This document shows positions 39,915 to 51,900 of a stretch of DNA of 64,000 bases, piece by piece. The notes beneath the pieces are model-generated. The model was not told where the DNA came from. It did not search any database and saw nothing but the letters and a program-made list of their open reading frames with translations. Source of the DNA: Dicyema japonicum (lineage: Eukaryota; Animalia; Dicyemida). A program made the position numbers and the translations under genes. The DNA lies in contig RDEW01000004.1 in NCBI GenBank assembly GCA_011109175.1, positions 1,252,667-1,316,666 on the forward strand. Direction: 5' to 3'. How positions within the stretch are numbered: position 1 is the first letter of the stretch; every line of letters starts with the position of its first letter.

Positions 39915-40430
39915 TAACGTAGCCGTAATTTTGAATATTAACTAATTTTTAATTGATATTTTTTAAATATATTATGTTTTGTTTTTTTTAACAAATTTAA
40001 ATTTGTTTGCTCAAAATCACAAGTTAAAGCAGAAATCACAAAGAAGCTTTGAAATAGGATACAGAATGACAGAGCATTGGATTTCAGAAAAGAAAGGCCA
40101 GCACCGACATTTTTTGAGTCGGATGTCTGTTCTATCTGAGAGTCGCTAATATAAATAATGATGACTTTTCAGGTGGAGTCCTTAAGATCTTGGCTGTCGA
40201 GTGACCTATAGATTATTTTACGTTAACTTATTGGGATTGGACACGTGGATGATTATGAAGTCAATGTCGATAGCCTTAAAGAAAACTCGTTTATCGAGCT
40301 ACTTTTTACAATATTGGGATGTATTGTTGAGTTTGGGCGTATAGTAAAAAAACCACAAATTATAATTACTTTTAATTTATTGGTTAAATTACATTGAGTG
40401 TCCCTTGCCATTTAGATAGTTAAGAACACC

Positions 40431-40511
40431 GGCCTCATTAACTTGTAGGAGGCTATTCACTAGGACGCAGCAAATGCCGGAGCACCGAGTTGATAGGAGT
40501 TATTTATTAAC
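40431..40511 (+). mobile_element. 81-nt family E insertion between 11-bp direct repeats
   Basis: TTAAGAACACC at 40420-40430 and 40512-40522; AT-rich 3' tail. Confidence 0.65.
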
Positions 40512-40776
40512 TTAAGAACACCAATAGACAATTTAATTACGCGTCACCTTGTTCGTCTTTTATGGAGGCGCTCAGTGCACTTTAAAAAAGACCATTCGCT
40601 CATAGTTGACAAGAATATGATTTGTTGGTTTGAATATTTGAATAATTTAAATTAATCATTTATTAATAAATTGTTAAAAGTTAATTTTTAGGAGTCTCCA
40701 TTATAGTCTGTAGGCATTCCGGGGGGTTACCCCTCATGACCGCGAGCCAATGTTCTGGAAGAGCCATCGTTTAAAT

Positions 40777-41734
40777 CAGGGGTTCTCAACCATTTTTTAC
40801 TCGTCGATTACTTTTTTTTCGACTCCCCTAATATTTAATCGACCCCTTAAAACTTTTGTTTATTTAAACAGACAATTCTAAGTAAAATTAGTTAACTATC
40901 TAAAATGAATTCATTGTTAATAATCAAATCAAACAAAAAAAGTATATACTCGATGTGAAGTTGGTATCTTAGCATAAATCTATAATAAAAAAAGAATTAA
41001 ATACCAATGGGATCCTTGTGACTGACGTTTTTGACCAAAGATTCAATACCTGGCTCTATTTGTGTATTTTTAAACGAATATCTCCTCTAATGGATACATC
41101 CAATCTGTTTCGTTATTTATTTACAATTCGATGTAGAATGCTAAATCCGCATTCAATCCTGTGGCGAATTGAATCATTGCTAATTGGTACGGATTTTAAA
41201 ATTTCGTCGAGATTTAAACCCATCAGATCTGATATAGATGGTTGATGAAATTTTCACCAGAAACAAGAGAACTCTCATTTTTGGAAATAATCATTGCAAA
41301 TTTATAGAATGCAATTAGTTCTAAATAAATTTATAAATAACAACTATTTGTAAAAACAGTGTCAATCGTTTTTTGTTTACGAAAGGAATTTTTAATTCTT
41401 TAAAATACTCTAATGGTTTATCTTTTTTATCCGAAAGTTTTCTCCTAAGATGTTCCAACAATTTGGATTGTTTCATTGCATTATTTGATGATGACTTATT
41501 ACACAGTAACCAATATGGTCTATTATCAATAGAATTTTTTAAAACCAAATGCCAAATATTCATATTGACGAATTTTTAATGTAGAAGGACGACTTATACA
41601 CGGACAAAAACAAGCATAGTATTTTTAAAAATTTTAAAGAACAAAGGATTACCACTTTAAAAATAAACTAACTTAATTTAAAATGAAAAAAAAATATATT
41701 AAATTTATTTTCGACCCCAGGTTGAGAACCGCTG
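40777..41734 (-). mobile_element. Internally deleted hAT (Buster/Charlie-type) DNA transposon
   Basis: TIRs CAGGGGTTCTCAAC and GTTGAGAACCGCTG; perfect 8-bp TSD GTTTAAAT. The transposase N-terminus (MKQSKLLEHL..KDKPLEYF, VPISNDSIRHRI) is fused to the C-terminus (ECGFS..RGDIRL). Confidence 0.9.
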
Positions 41735-42167
41735 GTTTAAATAACGATTGAGGCATAAATGTGCAATTACCAGAAATTGAAAATAAGCGGATTATCCGTC
41801 GAGTAAGCAGATTATCTTGTTTGTTTACTAAGAATTATTGTTAAAGAATTAATAACTACGATTTTTTGACAATCGATTAATTTAATTAAAAATCAAAAAA
41901 TTAGAATTAGAGGTTCGTAGTCCTAACTGCGCGGCTATTCCCCCTCCGGATTTCGAAATAAAGCCATTTTTCCCGTTCCGACTCAGGACAGAGTTTGCCG
42001 CGTTCCTTTCATTTTAGGGCAGAAAAGATTCGAACTGAGATTATAGCGTTTTAAAGCAAGGAAAAGACCAAATGTGGATTCATTTTTAAGAAATAATCGT
42101 TATTAATTCTTGATGTTGAACAAAAAATCATCACATGTTCCACGATCAGAGGCCAAGAACTAATCGT

Positions 42168-42347
42168 AGAGGGAGAATCAAGGTATGATTTTCACTTCTT
42201 TTTAGTTGTTGCATATGAGTCCCTTTAGATGACTTTGCTCCGTAGTGAAATGTTCACAGAGGGAGAATCAAGGTATGATTTTCACTTCTTTTTAGTTGTT
42301 GCATATGAGTACCTTTAGATGATTTTGCTCCGTAGTGAAATGTTCAC
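42168..42347. repeat. Two-copy tandem duplication, 90-nt unit
   Basis: Units start at 42168 and 42258 with about 2 substitutions. Confidence 0.85.
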
Positions 42348-42349
42348 TG

Positions 42350-42460
42350 ATGTCTGGATCACTCATCAATCCAAAGCATCGTAAATACGTGATACCTTCA
42401 GTCAGAATGTACAGCAGCGAGATTCGAACCAGGAGTCATCAAGCCTTTTTGCAGTCTACT
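42350..42460 (-). mobile_element. SINE fragment (family of 17180-17490)
   Basis: GCATCGTAAATACGTGATACCTTC...AGCGAGATTCGAACC aligns with 17387-17440. Confidence 0.5.
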
Positions 42461-42533
42461 TATTCGTAATATTGTTGAATTTTGCCCATTAAATGATCAT
42501 TCGGTCGATTGAACAATTTATTATGTTAGTATA

Positions 42534-44078
42534 TCAAGAATGCGTCAATTCCTTTAGTTTATTCGCTAAATCAGACAATTCCTTCAGTTTTTGGCCATTG
42601 ATCGCTGGTTCCTGTTTTAAAACAACCTGCTTTGATAACTTTTCGCTCATTTTAGTGAGTTTGTCGTCTCTCATTTCAATCTAAACGCTTAGTTGACTCG
42701 AACTTCAGATTTTAGGTCTCCGATATTTTCCGTTAACAGCGTTTTGTCCCTCCGTAGTGCGGAATTTGTATTTTCCAGACTTTTGATCAAATTCCCGAGT
42801 TCTTTTGCATGTGTTTTCTGCGTCCTACAACAAAACTCCTTCTTTTTAAGCTTTATTTCCATTTCCGAGAGCTACTTTACACTTTCGACGAAACCTGCTT
42901 TTTCAGGTCGGCGGCTTTTTCGACTTGGTTTGTGTAGGAAATCAAAAGTTCGCCGTTTTTTAGACTCAGACGTTCTATTTCTTGGCTCTTTGCTGAATTT
43001 TCAGAATTTCTTTTAATTTCCTCATCCTAAATAGACAGAATTCAAAACGTGCTTTATTTTCTGATTCAACTCAAAAATTTCCTGGCTTAGTTCTGCCTTT
43101 TGGCGAATGAATTCCCCGCAGTTTTGCTGCAATTTCTTTTCGAGTTCGGTCTTTTTTTCAATTTCGAACTCTGCCTTTGTTAACTTTTCTCTCAAATCTG
43201 TAATTTCTAGCTTTTTTTGTTGTCTAATTTTCTTACCCTCAGTGAGTTTATCAGCTTGTCTCTGAGTACTGAATCACCCCCAGGTCCAGCTAATTCCTCA
43301 GTGTTTTCAGAAACTTGACTTTTCTCTGCATTTTCCTGCTGAAACTGCATTATTTCCCTATCTTGAGTTTCGATCTGAGTTTCAGACCAACAACGGAACC
43401 TTCTGAGAAAGACTTTCAATCTTTTCCTGCAATGTCTGCTGTTTTTCGTATTCACGGTCCAAATCCTTGGTTAGGGATTCAAATTCAGCTTCTCTGCATT
43501 GACTTCGTTCTTTTAGGGACAAAATTTGTGACTCAAGGTCGCTAACTTGTAACAAAAGTTTGGTTTTTTCTTCTAAAAATTAAACTGAAAAATCTACGCT
43601 TTGATTCCTGCAAGAGGACTTCATCCTCCTTCAATTTATTTTTTAAAATATTTGATAAATTTTCACTTTCTTGGTGCAAAGTCTAAAAAAGTATTCTCCC
43701 TACTGAAATTTGAGTTATCATTTTTTCCACGTCGACGTCTTTCTTTGCCTTTTCCTGTTCTTCCAGTTTTTCCTTGCTGATTTTAAACATTTAGATATTT
43801 ACAGATATTTTATTTCCAGTTCATAAAAGTGGAGTTGCTTTTCCAGATTCATCACATAAGATTGCTCAATCGCCCGTGAATCCGAAGCTCCAGTGCTAGG
43901 AAATAAACGCGAAAGAAAATACAAGGTTCTTTCCGTTGTAATGGGCAACATTGATTTACTAAAATCGGGGATTACAGTTTGTAGTTGTATCGGATGCTTT
44001 TCTACACTAGCATGGACTATTGTGGAGATTTGCAGTCAAACCTGTTTTTTTGGGTCTGATGTTACCTTTCATTGGCAT
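42534..44078 (-). CDS. Uncharacterised coiled-coil protein, multi-exon
   Basis: About ten 21-27-nt GT-AG introns give a continuous E/K/L/Q-rich frame (QSYVMNLEKQLHFYELEIKYL|KEKLEEQEK...LSEMEIKLKKKEF...ANKLKELTHS*); family not recognised. Confidence 0.75.
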
Positions 44079-44199
44079 CCTGTCGTATCCTGGCAACAAA
44101 TTTTGTTTAATTTTATTTTTCTGTCAATTAAAAATATTATTTAAATATTTTTATTTTTTAAATGTTTTCCTGGAAGACATGCTTACGTTAGATTATTCG

Positions 44200-44494
44200 A
44201 AAAAAATAACCAATTGACTAGTGACTAAGATTTCTACAAAAACATAAACGTACTCATGGAATCAGGGGTCCTGAAAACAACATCAACCTGCTTCCAATCA
44301 CTTTCTGATCTAAAAATCCGTTTCATATGCGGTTTTTGGGTGTGAATAAAAAATAAATTTGGTTTAATTTTGAAAACAATGGCTACCCACTTACTCCATA
44401 ACCACCAATAATAGTTTTTTAGTAACGAAGAGATGTCGGGTCCCTCACTACAGGAACCAATGTAAAACCCAAGACACGATGAAATACGAAACAT
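44200..44494 (-). CDS. Possible small gene between SLC6 and the coiled-coil gene
   Basis: ATG 92 nt after the SLC6 stop; 86-codon ORF with an aromatic stretch (YYWWLWSKW) and a candidate 20-nt terminal intron; no homology recognised. Confidence 0.3.
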
Positions 44495-44586
44495 ATGACT
44501 GAACTATTCTGAGAAAGACTAATGGGTGGCCGAGGTTATGACAATTTGCTGTTGTTTAGCAGATTATTATTAAAAAAAGAAATTTA

Positions 44587-46443
44587 TCAATTAGTACCTA
44601 AAGGATTGTACCCTTCACGCTCACCTTCTCTTGGTTGCCAAGGTTCCTCAGTCACTTTATACTGCCAATTAGAATGAGGGACATACACGTCTCTTATATT
44701 CGTAAAATCCAACAGCGTATGTACAAATTACGATGATTGGGAAGGAGAAAGTGATAACATTCAGGGCTTTTGCTTGCTGTGTCGTCGCAGAATCTGCATA
44801 ACCAAATTCTACGAAATTAGACAGGAGGATGGCCTAAAGTCATGCGAAATTAATACAAAAAGACAGATTGGAGATACTAGGAGCCACATGGCTTTCCAAT
44901 AATAATTGACCTTTTTGCCCACCATGAACTCCATGTCATAAACAAAGTTTTTCATTCCTAGAATTGGAAAACCGCAAAAACCATAAACGTGTATAACAGC
45001 TATTAATTCGGCAATTCCTATCCAAAAGAAGGACATTGATAGTCCGTTGTCGATGATATCCAACAGAAAGCGTCCCCCCTTCATTGAGAATTCTCACAAC
45101 CTGGAAGCACATGGGAATTCCAAAAATGAAACTTACACTGCAAACTAGCATTCTGAACAAAATGCTTTTTCTGCGGTTCATATTGGGTATCATGTTTTCC
45201 AAAGGGTACAGGAGACCCTCGGTGATGGTACCCTGAGAATGTTTAACAAGGTCAACCATAGAACCAATTCCAAGCAGAATCATCATTAAAAAAAAAAATG
45301 TTGACCATAACTGAGATATAGGGAGTTTAGATAAACCGGTTGGGTACGCAATGAAGACTAATCCGAATCCTTAGATCAAAACTCACGAACCGACCTTGTT
45401 TGACTACTTCGGGGACCGTTTTATTCGCAGTGTAAGCCAAATAGCCTGTTATCGAAAAAACGGCAAATCCCACGTAAAAGGAAGTCGCACAATTTAATAT
45501 GGGGACCAAAACCCCATCACGAATGGCGTCATATTTGAATTTGTTGTGACTGGACAAACTGATGATCCCCCCAATGGCGATAGAGAGCGAATAAAATATC
45601 TGAGATCCAGCATCTTTCCACACCTGAAATGATTTTTGATTATACACGTGGTTCAGCAAGTTTTTTCACGTTCGGTTTTAGGTAAAAGCTTATTCCGTTT
45701 TTGGATCCTGGAAGTAACGCGGAACGAATGACCAAACAAGACATCATAAAATACGGAAATATCCCGGTAATGTAGGCCACCTTCAATTCAGGAAATCATA
45801 AACTTTTCCAAGGGATTTAATTGAGGTGGACAAGCAAAGGAAAACGAAAAACCAGGCAAAAAAATATCCAACAATCATGTTGCTCTTAATATGGCCATAT
45901 ACTCCGTACTCGGCGGTGGATCCCAATATTCTGTTGCTTAGATGTCAAAATGCACAAATACTAGAAAAATTGTTCGGCTTCCATTCCTGGTGTGCAGTTT
46001 CTGTTCCAGCTGGCATTGCAGAGAGTCCACGGTAGAACTTTTCTCCATGAAAAAAATAAATATTGAAGACAAATGGAAATAATAACGTTGTAGTAGCAAC
46101 CAAATGCAAACGTAATGAGAATACAGCTGTACCCGATCCCTGTGCTAACTAAAGAGACTCACCTCTAAATAGAGGAGCGATATTCCAGCATTTCACGCTA
46201 TCAAGTCCGGAAAACTGTCCGAGGGCGATTTCTACGAAGAATACAGGAATTCCGATCACCGCCAAACTCAGAAAATATGGCAAAAGAAATGCGCCTACGA
46301 AAATTTGTAATAAGTCTACCTCCCCCATTTTTATAGCACAAGTAAGGAAACCGCCAAACGTTGCCCAACCCGACAGCAAACGACAGCAAAGTTAGAATAA
46401 ACTCTATCTTTCTCACCCAAAGCAATCGAGAGTTATAACCCAT
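44587..46443 (-). CDS. SLC6 sodium:neurotransmitter symporter family, amino-acid-transporter type, multi-exon
   Basis: [21 protein letters not shown]|AFLLPY; EIALGQF; [13 protein letters not shown]; [14 protein letters not shown]; LGIGSM|GTITEG; [16 protein letters not shown]1 has GLGN rather than the monoamine-type DLAN. Confidence 0.92.
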
Positions 46444-47077
46444 TTATAACGTTTCTGATTTCCCAATTTATATCTTGAAAACCACAAATTTAGTGTTTAA
46501 CCATAATTTTATGAGATAAACACACGATCAATTTGTCTGTACTTACCCACAATGTAGACCAATATTGTATGGGGTAGAAAAAGCATGAGGAACGATATTT
46601 TTGGGATTTTAAAGCATAATCAGTATTTTAGAAATTAGATAACACCACGGCCATATTAGTCTATATAGATTAAAATATAATCCAAAAAGGGGGAGTAGAG
46701 TTTACATCCATATTGAGGGTACGAGGTCTCATCTAGTTAAAAACTGTAAGAAATTTGAATAAAAGACTCTTGTTTGAAACAGGACAAGATTATTCTCGAA
46801 GAGCAACTTGAATAATCATTCTCTCTTCTTATTTCGTAGACAAGTCAGTATATGTATAATTTTATGTGGTGAGGTGGGTAAACATAACGTCATGTAGTTT
46901 CGTTTAGAGTAAAGAAACAATCAGTACCCGCCCTGACTGCGTGGCTATTCCCCTCAGATGGGGAGCGAGATTCGCTCAAATAGCAGCAGTGCTCACGAAG
47001 ATTGTCTCCTTATTTTAATATATTGAAGTTTTAAGGTAAATGATAATTAAAACAAATTAGTATGACCGAACTAAATG

Positions 47078-49237
47078 TTAATATTTGCGGACGAATGGGG
47101 CTAAAGTCGGGCACTCTTCGTACAACGTCTTATCAATAACAGGTCGATATTTCAAACTAATCTAAACCATAAATAAAAGTCATACCTCCCCCGTATTTTC
47201 ATCATAGTAGGACAGCGTGTGCTTCCTCCAATGATCTTCAAATTTACTTGGATGCTGTCCTTCGAGATCCTTAGAATAGTCAAGCTCATCAATTCGGTTC
47301 TAAAACAGTAAAATCGTGGTCATACTGGATAATCCTCCCGAGAATGGGCTCCACGACTTTCCTTTCTAGCCTCCGCACCATAAATTGTTTGAAGGGAGCA
47401 AATCATCAAATTTTCTAGTTCCAAAGTCTCAATCAGATCAGTATTCCAGATCAGGGTCTTATCGACGACCTACAATGACGAACTCAGTGAACCTTTATGT
47501 CATCCTTCAGCGCCTTACGAAGAACATTGATCTTCTCGATGCCAGCTTGCAAGGTCGGACCATCACGAAAAACGGCCGCATGCTCTTGATTTGCCTTTTG
47601 CATTTTCAGACGAATTTCGGGCGCTGTGAGAGATCCCTTGGAATTCAAAAGTCGGTCAACATGGTCAATTGAAGCCTGGCCAGCGTCCTAACTTTATATT
47701 GACAATTCTGTCACCTTGGGTAGATCAGGGACAGCCGAATTGGGTTCCGTCGTTTCCGTGATAGAATTTGCACAGGCACGACCAAACACGACCAGATCAA
47801 GCAACGAATTTGCACCGAGTCTATTGGCTCCGTGGACATTCGCACAGGCGCCTTCACCACAAGCATACAAACCAGGGATAATAACGTCTCGCCCATCAAC
47901 GTGATCAACGACCTGCCCCTTCCAGTTTGTAGGGGTCCCACCCATATTATAGTGCACTGTAGGCAACACGGGAATCGCCTCTTTGCTCACGTCAACCCCC
48001 GAGAAAATCATGGCTGTCTCAGAAATTCCAGGAAGGCGTTGCTCGATCAATTTTTTGTCCAAATGATGGAGTTGTAGTAGCACGTGGTCTTTCTCCGGTC
48101 CACAACCTCTATAAAATTACCTAAATTGACAAACCTCCCAGCTCTGATCTCCATCGTTGCCGAACGAGAAACAACATCCCGGGAAGCCAAATCCTTAGCA
48201 GTTGGAGCATAATTTGGCATGAATCTCTCTCCCTCTGAGTTGACAAGATATCCACCTTCGCCTCTGACTCCCTCGGTGATCAAGCAGCCGGCGCCATAAA
48301 TCCCTAAGATCTCAGTTTCTCAGAATACCAGTTGGATGGAACTGCACAAACTCCATATCTTGTCCAGGGACTCCACTACGTGCTGCTATTCCCAATCCAT
48401 CCCCAGTACAGGCGTGAGCCCCCGTACATGAGAAATATGATCTCCCGTAGCCTCTAATACCCGTAAATATGAGCTACTGCCCAGTTGCCAAGACTGTGTT
48501 GGGGGCGTTGAATCTGTGGAAAGTCCCGTCCTCCAGACATAGAGCTATTACTCCGCGGCACGCTCCGTTGACCATCATCAAATCAAGTGCAAAATATTCC
48601 ACAAAGTATTTAGTCTCATAAAATAATGACTAAAGTGAAAATCAAGTATTACTCTTCCGTATAACGTGTGGAGCATAGAATGACCAGTTCTGTCAGCCAC
48701 AGCACAGCACCGATGGGCTTGACCCCCTTTTCCATAGTTTATGCTTTGTCCACCGAAGGCTCGTTGATAAATCTTTCCGTTTTCAAGTCGACTGAAAGGC
48801 ATTCCGTAGTTTTCCAGTTCCAACACGACCTTAGGGGCTTCTTTAGTCATGTAAGAGATAGCATCCTGATCACCTAGCCAGTCAGATCCTTTCACAGTAT
48901 CATAAAAGTGGTATTTCCAGTCGTCTTCCTCCATGTTGCTCAGAGCCGCGTTGATGCCTCCCTGGGAATATGTGGAAATAAAACCTGGGCAGCAACGGTG
49001 TGAGAGCGAGTTGGAAACAGTTTTGTAACACAGGCGACCTTATAACCTTTGCTTGCTAATCCAAAGGCTGCTCGCAACCCCGAACCGCCCGCGCCGACAA
49101 CTACGGCGTCGTACTTGTGGTCCACAACCTTGTACTGTCCAGTTGTTAAGGTACGTTGTTGTTTTAAAAAAAGGCTCCTTAAATTCGCGTAAAGAACCCT
49201 CTATAAAATTAATCTTTGTTGATACGGAGGCAAGCAT
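47078..49237 (-). CDS. SDHA: Succinate dehydrogenase flavoprotein subunit, mitochondrial, multi-exon
   Basis: Arg-rich presequence after a 25-nt intron (49201-49225); [19 protein letters not shown]; [11 protein letters not shown]|GGINAAL; YQRAFGGQS; QFHPT|GIYG; PTVHYNMGG; [20 protein letters not shown]; RKESRGAH; ends VRKY*. Confidence 0.97.
48454..48480 (-). other. Probable GC-AG intron (27 nt) in SDHA
   Basis: Only GG^gc...ag^A restores the conserved ATGGYGR; the nearest GT donor inserts a Gln. Confidence 0.65.
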
Positions 49238-49789
49238 AAGAAAATTGATATTTAAATTTTTATGATTAAAAATTTATTATTAAATTTTATGATAAAGCTT
49301 AACTATTAATTATGCTAACAAATATCAGTTGTTTTTTAAATTAGGTCATTTTGGTCCCGCGTCAGATCATTTACGATGTTAAATTTAAATTAAATTTATT
49401 GAACCAGAAAACACCTCATAGCCAAAATGAAAAAATTCAGGTGATCCCGACCTCCCTCAGCATTCTTCGCATACTCGTACTTGAAGAATGTGCAATCCAG
49501 GGAGTACTTCTCTGGATGGTTGTTGACTAATAGTCTTTTTGGATATAATTTAGGATTATATCTAGCACTACCTGAGTTTGTGAACCACATGACGCACGCT
49601 AGCAATTCAAGCTTCATGGAGCTAAGGGGAATAGGAGGAACAAAAAAACGAATAAAAAATCTTCAATTTAAGTAGCTATATAGAACCACACTAATTTAAT
49701 TTCTTAATATTATTAAAAATTGTTTATTTTTAAAAACATTGTTGTTAGATTTGAATAAATAAACTTAAACATTAATAAATTAATTGGAA

Positions 49790-50450
49790 AACTAATTCTC
49801 GATCAGATTAAACCTTATCTCCCAGACGTATCATTCCAACCTGACTTTAAGAAGGCCCGTTCCACAACTACCCAGCTTACTTGCTTGACAAAATTCATCA
49901 AGGAAGAACTTCAACGCAAACCTCGTCATCAAAAGACCATTATGTGTTCCATTGACATAAAGAAGGCTTTTTACTCAACACCGAGGAAACTCTCACTAGG
50001 AAGATTTGTGGCTTTAACATTCCGAACAACCTAACTTCCTCACCGGACGAAGAGGAAGAGTAATCTCCAATTCCACATCTTCAGTCACCAAATATCTGCC
50101 GAACGGGGTCCCGCAAAAATCTCCCTCTATCCGATTCTCTTCAACCTATTCATGAGCGACATACCTTCCTACAGTTGCGACGATACCCTATTCCTTGTTT
50201 ACACCGACGACTTAATCCTGGGAACAAGATATTAGTGCATCCACACAGCTGTTACCCATTTACAAGATTCACTGGATAACCTGAACTGTTGGCTTACGAG
50301 AAACCAACTACACACAAGTCCTTAAAAGTCGTGCTCTATGATCTTTACTTCCAATTGAAGATTGACCAACTCGACGCCTTCATTGACTCTAAGTAGGATA
50401 ACAACTTCCTTCACAATTTCAACAAAAATATTGGAGGTCACATATGAACC
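49790..50450 (+). mobile_element. Family A LINE RT fragment, decayed
   Basis: FKKARSTTTQL, CSIDIKKAF, GVPQ, LFNLFMSDIP, YTDDLIL. Confidence 0.75.
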
Positions 50451-50461
50451 ACTAATGACCT

Positions 50462-50572
50462 TTATTTTTTATTATTATTAAAAAGCACTCCCGAGAAAAC
50501 AAAAATTAATTAAGTTTCCCTTATGCGGTATTCCCAATCATCCGTTCCGTCGACCATGATCCTCTTTGCGCG
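50462..50572 (-). mobile_element. RTE-like 3' terminal fragment
   Basis: Ends GTGCTTTTT(AAT)n like the tail at 62535-62580. Confidence 0.5.
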
Positions 50573-51289
50573 NTGAGTTTGTGAACCACATGACGCACGC
50601 TAGCAATTCAAGCTTCATGGAGCTAAGGGGAATAGGAGGAACAAAAAAAACGAATAAAAAATCTTCAATTTAAGTAGCTATATAGGACCACACTAACTTA
50701 ATTTCTTAATATTATTAAAAATTGTTTATTTTTAATAATATTGTTGTTAGATTTGAATAAATAAACTTAAACATTAATAAATTAATTGGAAAAAAACTAA
50801 TTCTCGATCAGATTAAACCTTACCTCCCAGACGTATCATTCCAACATGACTTTAAGAAGGCCCGTTCCACAACTACCCAGCTTACTTGCTTGACAAAATT
50901 CATCAAGGAAGGACTTCAACGCAAACCTCGGCATCAAAAATTTCTCCGTTTCTTGAAGAAACTGAGACAGATAGCTACACTAAAATGTAAATGAGACTCG
51001 GTGGCTTTTCCATTTGATCTCTGTCAAGATCGTGAGAGGCAACCCAAAGTCTATTATGTCGGCGGGGGTCATTTTTGATTGATTTTTTGGTTAATAAATC
51101 ATTTAGACAGGAGATTTGATTTACAACTAATGCAGCACACTTTTAATTTAAAAACAGTTTTTTGCATCAAATTGTTCGTATAAGAATTATGTCAAGCTAA
51201 CATACTTATTCATCAACTTTTGGAATGTGATAGACCTTACTAGTTGAGGAAAAGTCAAAGCATGTTTAACGAACTACTTGAACTCGTAT

Positions 51290-51900
51290 TCAATACTCGG
51301 TACAACAAATCGTTTGTATAGGTTTTCGTCCTACGTCCACATGGACTCGAATGAAACAAGAGAACTCACAAATCAAAGAATATAGAAAAAAATCAAGATT
51401 TTATACGGCCAAACATTCAACCTTAATAGTGAAATTACAGAGTTAATCAACAAGAGGAAATTAGACCAATGGAACAATTTCTTTACAAAAATTAACCACC
51501 GAACAAAACTAAAGGATTTTTTGGGAACTTTATGTGGAATTCAGTCGAAACAAATCGTGTGGAGACAACCCACGACACCAGTATTGACAGAATTAAACAC
51601 CACGTGATTTCACTCATCAGACAGATATCATAATTGACCACTACGAAAAAGTGAGTCATATGAACAAATGCTCCTGTCATGCAAAACGTTCAAACTCCTC
51701 AAGGAAATCCGATTGCAATCAGTCCGTCTGATGTCGACAAACTCATAAAAAACTCTTCTGCCAAAGGGCTTGATGGAATTTGCATTCTGTATTTATAGCA
51801 CCTCAAGGCAATAACAAACATAATTTCTCTGTCCATCAATTTGAAAATATCATCTGACAGCATGCCGGATTTGCATTTATCATAAAGGTTTGCATTCATA
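51290..51900 (+). mobile_element. LINE pre-RT linker fragment, decayed
   Basis: Linker-like segments and SAKGLDGI (equivalent to the conserved PGPDGI) before RT; many stops. Confidence 0.55.

Noticed and set aside
1422-48877. Many 60-130-aa ORF-track entries antisense to real genes (e.g. 1422-1673, 3346-3591, 22152-22430, 29368-29571, 38012-38431, 47385-47672)
   Set aside because: They are shadow frames opposite conserved exons and have no independent motifs.
962-49237. Alternative genetic code to explain in-frame stops in conserved genes
   Set aside because: The stops I traced fall within removable GT-AG (one GC-AG) mini-introns, and genes end at TAA, TAG and TGA, so the standard code suffices.
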